Source: Micrococcales bacterium (GTDB lineage Bacteria; Actinomycetota; Actinomycetes; Actinomycetales; Microbacteriaceae). From it: 64,000 nt of DNA. This document shows positions 8,696 to 17,434 of this stretch, one piece after another. The notes beneath the pieces are model-generated. The model searched no databases, was not told the DNA's origin, and saw only the letters and a list, made by a program, of their open reading frames with translations. Every line of letters begins with the position of its first letter. Within the stretch, counting starts at the first letter, position 1. The DNA lies in assembly GCA_947452985.1 (NCBI GenBank), contig CANGEU010000003.1, positions 34,284 to 98,283 of the forward strand. The letters are read 5' to 3'. Made by a program: the position numbers and the translations under genes.

Positions 8696-9544
8696 ATGTC
8701 CTCTAAGTCGGTTGTAACTGCGCGTGCCAAACTTGGCAACAGGCGCGTAACCGGCAAAGAGCAGTACTACACGCCACGTGAGCTGGCTAGTGTTCTGGTC
8801 TCTAAGGTGAAACAGTTGGTTCCCGACTTTTCTTCCCGCACGGTTTTGGAACCGGCCGGCGGAACCGGGGCTTTTGTTGAAGCGGCCAAGGCTGCCGGTG
8901 CCAAAAAGGTGCTCAGCGTTGACATTGAACCAAAGCACAACGACGTAAACAAAGCCGACTACCTGGCCACCAACCTCAAACTCAAAGATGCGGTGACCAT
9001 TTCGAACCCGCCGTTTGGTCGCAACAATTCGCTAAGCATTCCGTTCTTTAATCGCGCCGCCGATACTTCGGAATTCATCGCGTTCATCGTGCCACGTTCC
9101 TGGCGCAAGTGGTCGGTGATTAATCGCCTCGATCGCCGCTTCCATCTTGTTCACGACGAAGATTTGGCAATCGATTACGTCGACGACACCCACGCCCTAA
9201 TCAGCCAGCGAAACAGCCTGAAAACCTGTTTTCAAATTTGGCAGCGTCGCGAGGACCTGCGCGAAATCGTCAAAGTTGAAGACCGCGGATTTGTTACCAA
9301 GGTGAAGCCGGAGGAAGCCGACATCGCCCTGACCGTTTTCGGGTTCAGCTGTGGCAAGGTGAACGAAGAATTCGAGCGCAAGGCCAACACCACTCGCATG
9401 TTCCTGAAGCTCAACCACCCAAAGGCTCTACACGCGCTGAAGACCATGCCTTACCAACGCTTTTCCAAAAACACCGCATACACCGAAGCCCTGAGCTTCC
9501 AAGAAATCAACTTCCTGCTCAATGAGAGCATTGGGAACAAGTAG
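8696..9544 (+). CDS. SAM-dependent N6-adenine DNA methyltransferase, TaqI/Eco57I-like (gamma order), no adjacent endonuclease
   Basis: 282 aa. YYTPRELA, motif I VLEPAGGTGAF, VDIEPK and motif IV ISNPPFG occur in the same order and spacing as remembered for M.TaqI (LEPACAHGPF ... VEIDPK ... GNPPYG). The C-terminal about 170 aa would be the target-recognition domain. Confidence 0.7.
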   Translation: MSSKSVVTARAKLGNRRVTGKEQYYTPRELASVLVSKVKQLVPDFSSRTVLEPAGGTGAFVEAAKAAGAKKVLSVDIEPKHNDVNKADYLATNLKLKDAVTISNPPFGRNNSLSIPFFNRAADTSEFIAFIVPRSWRKWSVINRLDRRFHLVHDEDLAIDYVDDTHALISQRNSLKTCFQIWQRREDLREIVKVEDRGFVTKVKPEEADIALTVFGFSCGKVNEEFERKANTTRMFLKLNHPKALHALKTMPYQRFSKNTAYTEALSFQEINFLLNESIGNK

Positions 9545-9568
9545 CAACAACCAAAGGTTAAAGAAACT

Positions 9569-11347
9569 ATGAGCATGATGGGCAGAGGCCGCCGCGGCGG
9601 ACCAACAGCAGGCAAAGACGAAGGTCCAAAGGCAAAGTTCTCACAACTTTGGCCTTACCTGATGGAACACAAGCCAGCTCTTTGGCTAGCAGTGGTGCCA
9701 AGCATCTTGGGTGCCGGCGTGAACCTCGGCCAGCCGCTAATCGTGGGTCAGCTAATCAGTGCCGTGCAAAACAAGCAGGATGTGACCGGTTGGGCCATCG
9801 GGCTCATTGCAGTGCTTCTGGGCACAGCGGTCACCGGCGGATTCATGTACTACATCCTTGCCAAGGCTGGTGAAGGAGTAGTGCTTTCGGCTCGCAACAA
9901 GCTAGCCACTCGCCTACTTCGCATGCCAATCAAGGAATATGACCTCCGCCGAACCGGTGACTTGGTTTCCCGAGTTGGCTCAGACACCACCTTGCTTCGC
10001 GCGGTGCTAACCCAAGGTTTCGTTGACGCCGCCGGTGGAGCACTCATCTTTGTAGGATCGATTGTCGCCATGGCGGTAATCGACCCACTCCTTCTTGGAA
10101 TCACCCTTGCCGTGATTGCAATTGCCATTGCCGCGGTTGCCTTCACCTCTCGCAAGATCAAGGAAGCAACTACGAAGGCTCAGGGCCGCGTTGGCGACAT
10201 GGCTGCCAGTGTTGAGCGCGCCCTCAGCGCAGTTCGCACCATTCGAGCCGCTCGCGCGGAAGCTCGAGAGAGCGACTACATCATGAACAACGCCAAAGAG
10301 GCGTATGTTCAGGGCGTGAAGATTGCCAAATTGAATGCCGCTGTTTCACCGATTGCCGGAATTGCGTTCCAGGGTGCGTTCATCGCAGTCCTAGGCGTTG
10401 GTGGTTACCGCGTAGCCAGCGGAGAAACCAGCATCGCCAACCTGATCACCTTCATTTTGCTCATGTTCACAATGAGCCGCCCACTGGGTCAAGCTTTCGG
10501 CGCATACTCGAGCATCCAAAGCGCTCTAGGTGCCTTGGCTCGAATTCAAGAAGTTCTCGACGTGGAAACTGAAGAGACCGACGAAGACCTGAAGCACCAG
10601 GGAAAGCGTAAGAGCAAAAACTCAACCGCAATCGAATTCAAGAAGGTCAACTTCGGGTACGACCAGGCCGAGGTGCTCACCAATGTGAGCTTCAAAATCG
10701 AACGTGGCACTCGTGTGGCCATCGTGGGCCCATCGGGTTCTGGAAAATCCACCAGTTTCTCGCTAATCGAGCGCTTCTACGAACCAACCAAGGGTCAGAT
10801 TCTGCTCGACGGCCAGGTCGTTACCGAAATTTCTCGCAACGACCTTCGCGCCCAGATTGGCTATGTTGAACAGGATGCGCCAGTGCTCGCCGGATCACTT
10901 CGCGACAACCTCCTTATTGGAAAGCCAGACGCCACCGACAAGGAGCTAAAGGCCGTTCTCGGCGAGGTCAACCTAACCGACGTTCTGAAGCGCGACAAGC
11001 GCGGACTAAACGCCGAGGTAGGTGAAAACGGCATCATGCTCTCCGGTGGTGAACGCCAGCGCCTGGCCATTGCCCGAGCACTGCTTGCAGCTCCCCCAAT
11101 TCTGCTGCTCGATGAAAGCACCGCCAGCCTCGACGGCCTCAACGAACAGCGCATGCGCGAAGCTCTGGACGCAGTGGCCAAGAACCGCACTGTAATCGTT
11201 ATCGCTCACCGCCTAAGCACCGTTGTCGACTCCGACCAGATCATCGTCATGGAAAAGGGCAAGGTCATCGGCAACGGCACACACAAGCAACTCCTCAAGA
11301 GCACCCCGCTCTACAAGGAACTCGCTGCCACCCAGATGCTCGACTAA
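9569..11347 (+). CDS. fused ABC exporter (6-TM domain plus nucleotide-binding domain), MsbA/multidrug type
   Basis: 592 aa. N-terminal TM domain. Walker A GPSGSGKST, signature LSGGERQRL, Walker B ILLLDESTASLD. Confidence 0.9.
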   Translation: MSMMGRGRRGGPTAGKDEGPKAKFSQLWPYLMEHKPALWLAVVPSILGAGVNLGQPLIVGQLISAVQNKQDVTGWAIGLIAVLLGTAVTGGFMYYILAKAGEGVVLSARNKLATRLLRMPIKEYDLRRTGDLVSRVGSDTTLLRAVLTQGFVDAAGGALIFVGSIVAMAVIDPLLLGITLAVIAIAIAAVAFTSRKIKEATTKAQGRVGDMAASVERALSAVRTIRAARAEARESDYIMNNAKEAYVQGVKIAKLNAAVSPIAGIAFQGAFIAVLGVGGYRVASGETSIANLITFILLMFTMSRPLGQAFGAYSSIQSALGALARIQEVLDVETEETDEDLKHQGKRKSKNSTAIEFKKVNFGYDQAEVLTNVSFKIERGTRVAIVGPSGSGKSTSFSLIERFYEPTKGQILLDGQVVTEISRNDLRAQIGYVEQDAPVLAGSLRDNLLIGKPDATDKELKAVLGEVNLTDVLKRDKRGLNAEVGENGIMLSGGERQRLAIARALLAAPPILLLDESTASLDGLNEQRMREALDAVAKNRTVIVIAHRLSTVVDSDQIIVMEKGKVIGNGTHKQLLKSTPLYKELAATQMLD

Positions 11348-11449
11348 GGGTTATCCACATCCCGACTTGAATGCCTAGAAAGGTTTTTTCACAACCTCTA
11401 GTTTGTTCTTGTGTCCCTGAAAAATTTTCTGCTACCATCAGAGGGCGCT

Positions 11450-11493
11450 CCCGCCCCTCTGTTCTTGCGAAAGCATACAAGGGCGGGCTTTTT
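11450..11493 (+). terminator. putative intrinsic terminator after the ABC exporter gene
   Basis: CCCGCCC (11450..11456) pairs with GGGCGGG (11481..11487). There is an inner CTTG/CAAG pairing, followed by CTTTTT. Confidence 0.5.
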
Positions 11494-11510
11494 AATTTCG
11501 TTGGTGCCGG

Positions 11511-12086
11511 ATGGACGTTGAAGCACGGATTCGGTTTCGAAACTACTTACATCCTGCAGATGGGATTTTAGAAACCGCATTTCACCTGTATGTTTTAGAT
11601 CTCCATTTGCGAGCTTTGATAATGAAAGTCATGTCTGTTTTCGAGTGCGAAATGCAGCTTCAACTCGGATCGCTACAAACTGACAAGCGGTTCATTACCT
11701 TCGGTTCTTTAAGGAAACGAATTTTGAAGAAACCAATGGATCGTCGCCAAATATTCGCAGAGTCACTTGGTTGCAAGAATTCGAAAGAGTTGGCCGCTCT
11801 GCTGCTACGAATGAACGAGGTTCGTAATTTTGCAGCTCACCATGCGAGATTATGGAACCGTCGATTTCATTTTTCAATCCCAATGCGTTTAGCTGAGGAT
11901 TCCGGTTTAGATTGCGGAAGGCCGTCAAATAACAATTCGACCGCTGCTTGCCTGAGCGCAATTAATAAAATCCTTTCTGTGTTTCCGCCTTTTCTGGACC
12001 TAAATTCCGAGTTGAACGTGTTAATTGCAGGATGTCCGATAAACCAAACTTTCATATTGAAGAACATGGGCTTCGAGGTGCCCTAA
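11511..12086 (+). CDS. Abi_2 (AbiD/AbiF-like) abortive-infection family protein, short and possibly N-terminally truncated
   Basis: 191 aa in AT-richer DNA. The segment ITFGSLRKRIL...LAALLLRMNEVRNFAAHHARLWNRRF carries the family hallmark RN-x2-AHH-x-RLWN. Confidence 0.55.
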   Translation: MDVEARIRFRNYLHPADGILETAFHLYVLDLHLRALIMKVMSVFECEMQLQLGSLQTDKRFITFGSLRKRILKKPMDRRQIFAESLGCKNSKELAALLLRMNEVRNFAAHHARLWNRRFHFSIPMRLAEDSGLDCGRPSNNNSTAACLSAINKILSVFPPFLDLNSELNVLIAGCPINQTFILKNMGFEVP

Positions 12087-12102
12087 GTCGTAGGCTATTC
12101 CT

Positions 12103-13404
12103 ATGTTCAACGGAGACGCCACCAGCCGCAAGACGGCTGAAGACTTAGACGCTAACGACCCTCTGGCCAAGTTCAAAGACCAGTTCGTTATCAAAGACTC
12201 CGAGGTTTGTTACCTCGATGGAAACTCACTGGGGCGCATGCCAAAGGCTACCAAGCAGGCCGTGAACGACTTCCTCGACGAGTGGAGTGAAGAGCTAGTC
12301 GATGGCTGGAGCCACTGGATCGACGAAGCCCAACCAACCGGAGACCTTCTTGGTCGGGCAGCGCTTGGAGCAGCCGCAGGGCAGGTGCTCGCGGTTGACA
12401 CCACTAGCGTGAACTTTTTCCAACTCTGCTCGGCAGCCATCATGGCTCGTCCTGGTCGCAAGAAGATCATCATCGACTCGAGCAACTTCCCAACCGACCG
12501 TTACATCCTCGAAGGTTTGGCGCGCGACCGCAATCTCGAGCTAATCACGCTAAACAACGACGGCATGGGTGGTCCGAATGCGCAGGACATCAAAACCAAG
12601 AAGGAACTCATCACTCCTGAGGCACTTGAGCCGTTCCTAAGCGAAGACGTTGCCTTACTGACCCTCCAGGCCATTCACTACCGTTCAGGCTCACGCCCAG
12701 ACATCAAGGGCATCACCGACCTTTGCCGGAAATACGGAATCCTCGTGGTCTGGGACTGCTCCCACGCAATCGGTGCCATTGAGCTTGATCTCGATGCGAA
12801 CGGTGTCGACCTTGCAGTTGGTTGCACCTACAAGTACGGCAACGCCGGCCCTGGTGGAACCGCTTGGCTTTATGTGAACAAGAGCATCCAACAAGAACTG
12901 AGAGTGCCAATCCAAGGTTGGTTCTCTCAGAAGGATCAGTTCACCATGGGTCCGTTATTTGAACCAGCCGACGACATCCGTCGTTTCCAAATTGCCTCAC
13001 CAAGCATTATTGGTATGCGCATGATTCAGTCGAGTTTCAAGATGATCGAGGAAGCCACCATTGCAGCCATCGAACACAAGGCAAACGTTGGCACCGAAAT
13101 GATGATTGCGCTCTTCGACGAATGGCTAAAGCCACTCGGTTTCGAACTTCTCACTCCGCGCGACCCTAAGGAACGCGGCGGTCACATTACGATTGGTCAC
13201 CCAGACGCCAAGAAGATTGCAACCGCAATGAGAACCATGATCAAGGTGGTTCCGGACTACCGAACCCCAGACTCGATTCGCCTAGCCATCGCCCCACTTC
13301 CAACCAGCTATACCGAAGTCTGGGACGGCTTCGCGAGGCTGAAGGAACTGGTTGAAACCAAAAAATACCTTGAGATCCAGGACAGCGGAAGCCGCGTAAC
13401 TTGA
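12103..13404 (+). CDS. kynU: kynureninase
   Basis: 433 aa. N-terminal FKDQFVI...VCYLDGNSLGRMP and the PLP-lysine context GCTYKYGNAGPGG. Confidence 0.9.
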   Translation: MFNGDATSRKTAEDLDANDPLAKFKDQFVIKDSEVCYLDGNSLGRMPKATKQAVNDFLDEWSEELVDGWSHWIDEAQPTGDLLGRAALGAAAGQVLAVDTTSVNFFQLCSAAIMARPGRKKIIIDSSNFPTDRYILEGLARDRNLELITLNNDGMGGPNAQDIKTKKELITPEALEPFLSEDVALLTLQAIHYRSGSRPDIKGITDLCRKYGILVVWDCSHAIGAIELDLDANGVDLAVGCTYKYGNAGPGGTAWLYVNKSIQQELRVPIQGWFSQKDQFTMGPLFEPADDIRRFQIASPSIIGMRMIQSSFKMIEEATIAAIEHKANVGTEMMIALFDEWLKPLGFELLTPRDPKERGGHITIGHPDAKKIATAMRTMIKVVPDYRTPDSIRLAIAPLPTSYTEVWDGFARLKELVETKKYLEIQDSGSRVT

Positions 13405-14222
13405 GTAAAGCAATCACCTACATCAGCTACCTCAAGATCGATGAGCTGCTGAGCCTTCAGCAGCCTGAAAGCACCGGCCCTGAACACGACGAAATGCTCT
13501 TCATCGTGATTCACCAAACCTACGAACTCTGGTTCAAGCAACTTCTTCACGAAGCCAAGCACCTTCAGGTAGAGCTTGAAAAAGGAAACACCCACACTTC
13601 ACTCGCCACGCTTGGCCGCATGAGAACCATCATGAAAACCTGCGTTGCCCAGGTCGACATCCTAGAAACCATGACCCCACTTCAGTTCAACTCCTTCCGC
13701 GGCTTCCTTCAGAGCAGTTCCGGCTTCCAGTCCGCCCAGTTCCGCGAGTTCGAGGCCATCCTTGGCCGAAGAGACCGAGCAGGCGAAAAAGAAAGCAAAT
13801 CAACCGGCATGGGCATGGCCGAACACCTCATCGAGGGTTCTCCAGCCAGAAAAGCCGTTGAAGACGCCATGACCAGAAACTCCCTTTGGGATTCAGCGCT
13901 CCGCTACTTCAAAAAACAGGGTCATAAGGTTCCGAAGGAACTTCTAAACCGCGACGTCACCAAGCCATACGAAGCCAACGAAGAATTACAAGAAGTTCTC
14001 CTAACGCTTCACCGCAAAGACCAGGACGCAGCGGCAGTATGCGAACGCCTACTAGATCTCGACGAAGGCCTTCAGGAGTGGCGCTACCGCCATGTGAAGA
14101 TGGTCGAACGAACCATTGGTCGCAAAATGGGCACCGGCGGCTCAGCAGGCGTCGACTACCTAGCCAGCACCTTATTCCGCTCGGTCTTCCCCGACCTTTG
14201 GGCCATTCGCTCGCGCTTCTAA
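13401..14222 (+). CDS. kynA: tryptophan 2,3-dioxygenase
   Basis: 273 aa. YLKIDELLSLQQP...HDEMLFIVIHQTYELWFKQ is typical of bacterial TDO. The TTG start overlaps the kynU stop by 4 nt. Confidence 0.9.
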   Translation: MSKAITYISYLKIDELLSLQQPESTGPEHDEMLFIVIHQTYELWFKQLLHEAKHLQVELEKGNTHTSLATLGRMRTIMKTCVAQVDILETMTPLQFNSFRGFLQSSSGFQSAQFREFEAILGRRDRAGEKESKSTGMGMAEHLIEGSPARKAVEDAMTRNSLWDSALRYFKKQGHKVPKELLNRDVTKPYEANEELQEVLLTLHRKDQDAAAVCERLLDLDEGLQEWRYRHVKMVERTIGRKMGTGGSAGVDYLASTLFRSVFPDLWAIRSRF

Positions 14223-14776
14223 CCGTCAGTGGTTTGGAAAGTTACGTAGTAACCGCGCTTTGCGTCGTTGTTCCATTCAGGATCGTTTACCGAGTTCACA
14301 TGGAGATTAATTGAGATCGGTCCCTCTGCCGAGTCAACTGCGCCAAAAACAATCACACCCTCGGATTGACTGGCATTTCCAGTACCCTCATTGACAGCGA
14401 GAGACTCGCCACAAGCCTTTACGCCGCTATCCATGTTTCTCTGGTCATAACTTTCTTCGGTTTCGTGATAATCACGACGCCAGTTGACGAATCCCAGTGC
14501 CTGGCCAAGAGCAAAGAGTTTTTCACACACCTGAGCGTCGCTCAACTCCGGTGAATCCAGCATGATTGTCGAGCTATAGAGATCGTTGGCGCTGCAATCG
14601 AATGGCACTGCACAATCCTTGTTGGCAGAGCCTGAACCCAGCCCCAGGTCTTTTGCTTTGGCAAGCACTTTCTCCAAGGCAGCTTTATTCTCGAGGCCTC
14701 GAGCGGTTATTGGAGCACATCCAGCAAGTAGAGCTGTCATGGCAATTGACAAGATTACTTGTATTTTGCGCTTCAT
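14219..14776 (-). CDS. lipoprotein, function unknown
   Basis: Start placed at MKRKIQVILSIAMTALLAGC, which has a lipobox (LLAGC). The track start at 14797 is probably an over-extension. Confidence 0.65.
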   Translation of the reverse strand: MKRKIQVILSIAMTALLAGCAPITARGLENKAALEKVLAKAKDLGLGSGSANKDCAVPFDCSANDLYSSTIMLDSPELSDAQVCEKLFALGQALGFVNWRRDYHETEESYDQRNMDSGVKACGESLAVNEGTGNASQSEGVIVFGAVDSAEGPISINLHVNSVNDPEWNNDAKRGYYVTFQTTDG

Positions 14777-14807
14777 GATTCCCCCAAATCTTGGCAATTA
14801 GTAATTT

Positions 14808-16286
14808 TTAAATTACACCAGCATCTAATCCGGCTAGCACTTCTGACACACGATTCCGCACGTCAGGCAAATCCGAAAGACGGTTCAAACCACTCATCTG
14901 CTGAAACATGCGGTGGTTCTTCTTGAAGGTGTCCTTGTGGCGATCTAGGAAGTCCCAGTAGAGGGTAGTGAACGGGCAGGCGTCGTCTCCGGTCCGCTTC
15001 TTCGGGTCATAAAAGCAACCCTTGCAGTGGTCGGTCATCTTGTTCAGGTAAGCGCCGCCAGAAGCATAGGGCTTGGTCATTAGCTTTCCGCCATCGGCGT
15101 GGGTGGCCATTCCGATAATGTTCGGTACCATCACCCAGTCAGTGGCGTCGATGAACTGCTCGCGCATCCAGTCGAGGAATTCTTGCGGGTTCACGCCAGT
15201 GGTCAAAGCTAAGTTACTCAGAACCATCAAGCGCGGAATGTGGTGAGTCCAGGCTCTGACTTCAACATCGGCAACTACCGACCCAACACAGTTCATCTTG
15301 GTCTTCGATGAGTCCGTAAACAAGGGCAATAACTTACGGGTTGCTCCCAACTGGTTCTCGCTTCGGTAGTCCTCGCCCAAGAACCAATACATGCCATTGA
15401 TGTATTCACGCCAACCGATTACCTGGCGAACAAAAGCCTCCACGGATTCGATCGGTGCCGAACCAGTTTCGAAGGCACCAAGCACAGCCGAAACAACTTC
15501 GCGGGCATGCAACAAGCCATTGTTCAGATAGGGGCTCAGTAGCGAGTGGTGAAGCGCCCAGTGCTCCTTGGTGATGGCGTCCTCGTAAGGGCCAAAACCT
15601 TTCAAACTGTTTTCAATGAAGTAGTCCAGCTGCTTCAAAGCGCCAGCCCTAGTTGTTGCCCAGGTTGAACTCGGAGCGAAATCCAGTTGCTTGGAAACCA
15701 CATCATCAATCGAATCACGAGCGTGCTCAAGGTAGGCTGGCCAGTCGTAGTTATTCGGAGGCGGTAACCGGTTGTCGGCGTCGTAGTTCCAACGACCACC
15801 GACTGGGTCGGCACCCTGCATCAAGATCCCCAACCGAACTCTCTGCGCCCGATAGAAGTTCTCCATCACGTAGGTCTTTTGCTTCGTTGCCCATTCCATG
15901 AATAGTGGACGGGAAGTTAGGAAGAAGTCATTGGGAACAAAATTGATACCAGCAGCTTGGAGTTGGCGAAATTGCTTGTGACTCGAAGGTTCCGCGCAGA
16001 AAATCGGTAATTCGCCAACGAGTTCTCGAACCATTGCCAAGCCATCCAACGTAGTTGGAGCTTGAATGTAGTGAACCTCAAACCCTGATTCTTGTAATTC
16101 ACTCACAAAGTGACGAGCCGAAGAAAGCAGGAAGAATAAGCGCTCTTTATGCCAAGGGCGGCCGGTGGTCATTCTTTCGCTCTCAACTAGCACGACTATA
16201 TCGAGCTGAGGATTGGCATCTTTCAAGACACCGTAGCTAGCGTTTAGGTGATCGTGAGGAATGTAGAGAATGCGCTGTTTAGCCAC
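14808..16286 (-). CDS. cryptochrome/photolyase family protein, FeS-cluster type (FeS-BCP / COG3046-like)
   Basis: 492 aa, GTG start. The overall sequence is of the photolyase-related type (MAKQRILYIPHDHL...). The C-terminal Cys pattern DHCKGCFYDPKKRTGDDAC (C-x2-C-x12-C) plus an upstream Cys matches the 4Fe-4S ligands remembered for PhrB/CryB. Confidence 0.8.
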   Translation of the reverse strand: MAKQRILYIPHDHLNASYGVLKDANPQLDIVVLVESERMTTGRPWHKERLFFLLSSARHFVSELQESGFEVHYIQAPTTLDGLAMVRELVGELPIFCAEPSSHKQFRQLQAAGINFVPNDFFLTSRPLFMEWATKQKTYVMENFYRAQRVRLGILMQGADPVGGRWNYDADNRLPPPNNYDWPAYLEHARDSIDDVVSKQLDFAPSSTWATTRAGALKQLDYFIENSLKGFGPYEDAITKEHWALHHSLLSPYLNNGLLHAREVVSAVLGAFETGSAPIESVEAFVRQVIGWREYINGMYWFLGEDYRSENQLGATRKLLPLFTDSSKTKMNCVGSVVADVEVRAWTHHIPRLMVLSNLALTTGVNPQEFLDWMREQFIDATDWVMVPNIIGMATHADGGKLMTKPYASGGAYLNKMTDHCKGCFYDPKKRTGDDACPFTTLYWDFLDRHKDTFKKNHRMFQQMSGLNRLSDLPDVRNRVSEVLAGLDAGVI

Positions 16287-16419
16287 GTTTGCACTTCTCC
16301 GAGCAGTACTTCACGTTGTCCCAGTCTCTAGCCCACTTCTTGCGCCACTCAAAGCCGCGGCCACAACGCTCGCATGTGCGAGGCTCAAAGCCGTTCTTAT
16401 TCTTAGGAGTGGGTGCCAT
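16279..16419 (-). CDS. DUF2256-type small zinc-ribbon protein (46 aa), not in the ORF track
   Basis: Hand translation gives MAPTPKNKNGFEPRTCERCGRGFEWRKKWARDWDNVKYCSEKCKRG*. It contains CxxC...CxxxC. Its TAA (16281..16279) overlaps the GTG start (16286) of the photolyase gene by 8 nt. Confidence 0.75.
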   Translation of the reverse strand: MAPTPKNKNGFEPRTCERCGRGFEWRKKWARDWDNVKYCSEKCKRG

Positions 16420-16581
16420 AGTCCCACTTTACATATGCCAATTCGTTATAAACGAACAGGAATTACTCAGGGAACTTTGAGGTTCATTTGACTTGTAAGC
16501 CCGTTTTACGGGGCCGCGACGTCTTATAAGTTGACATCTCAACGACCTTCATGACTTACAAATACATCGAAGTATTCATCA

Positions 16582-17370
16582 ATGGAAGGCAACAAAATGG
16601 ATTTCTGGCAACACAATATCGTTTACAACATGCTCTCACTAGGTATCGCTAGCATGCTTTTCACCAGCATTTTCCTATGGTTCGCACGCGACCGCGTTCT
16701 AGCTAAGTACCGTATGGCCGTAATGGTTTCAGCAACAGTAACATCGATCGCTGCGTACCACTACGTTCGTATGTTCGACTCATTCAACGCAGCTTACGTA
16801 CTTGGCGGAACCGCACAGGCCGGTTTCGAAGGCTACAACGTTGGTTACCGCTACGTTGACTGGTTCCTAACCGTTCCACTACTACTAGTCGAGCTAGTTG
16901 CAGTAATGGGTCTAGCCCGTGCAATTCAATCGTCATTGCTAAAGCGTCTGGTTCCAGCCGCAGCAGCCATGATTCTGCTAGGTTACCCAGGCGACATGCA
17001 CACCCAGCTGTTTGGTCTATCAAACAGCATGTGGGGTCTACTGTCGACCATCCCATTCCTCTACATCATGTACGTTCTCTTCATTGAGATCAGCAAGAGC
17101 CTTGCAGCTCAGTCACCAAAGGTTCAGGGTCTTCTAAAGACCGCTCGTACCCTACTGGTTGCAACATGGGGTGTTTACCCAATCACCTTCATCCTTGCGA
17201 TGAACAACACTGGAGCACCAAGCTTCGCCGACGTAGTTTCACGCGAAGTTGGATACAGCATTGCTGACATCTTGGCTAAGTGTGTATTCGGTCTGCTCAT
17301 CTTCACCGTTGCACGCGTAAAGTCTGCAGAAGAAAGCAAGGAATTCGCAGCAGCGGAATTCAAAGACTAA
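16582..17370 (+). CDS. microbial rhodopsin, actinorhodopsin/xanthorhodopsin-like outward proton pump
   Basis: 262 aa, 7 TM. Helix C reads RYVDWFLTVPLLLVEL, giving a DTE motif (D 16858, T 16870, E 16891) with Leu at the tuning position D+8. The Schiff-base lysine lies in SIADILAKCVFG (AAG 17278..17280). The start could instead be the ATG at 16597. Confidence 0.9.
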   Translation: MEGNKMDFWQHNIVYNMLSLGIASMLFTSIFLWFARDRVLAKYRMAVMVSATVTSIAAYHYVRMFDSFNAAYVLGGTAQAGFEGYNVGYRYVDWFLTVPLLLVELVAVMGLARAIQSSLLKRLVPAAAAMILLGYPGDMHTQLFGLSNSMWGLLSTIPFLYIMYVLFIEISKSLAAQSPKVQGLLKTARTLLVATWGVYPITFILAMNNTGAPSFADVVSREVGYSIADILAKCVFGLLIFTVARVKSAEESKEFAAAEFKD

Positions 17371-17381
17371 CTCCTATCCCT

Positions 17382-17419
17382 AAAGGTTGGCTCCAAGTTT
17401 ATTCTTGGAGTCAACCTTT
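17382..17419 (+). terminator. intrinsic terminator after the rhodopsin gene
   Basis: AAAGGTTGGCTCCAAG (17382..17397), loop TTTATT, then CTTGGAGTCAACCTTT (17404..17419). One mismatch in 16 bp, followed by an AT-rich tail. Confidence 0.7.
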
Positions 17420-17434
17420 ATTTAACGAGGACTG

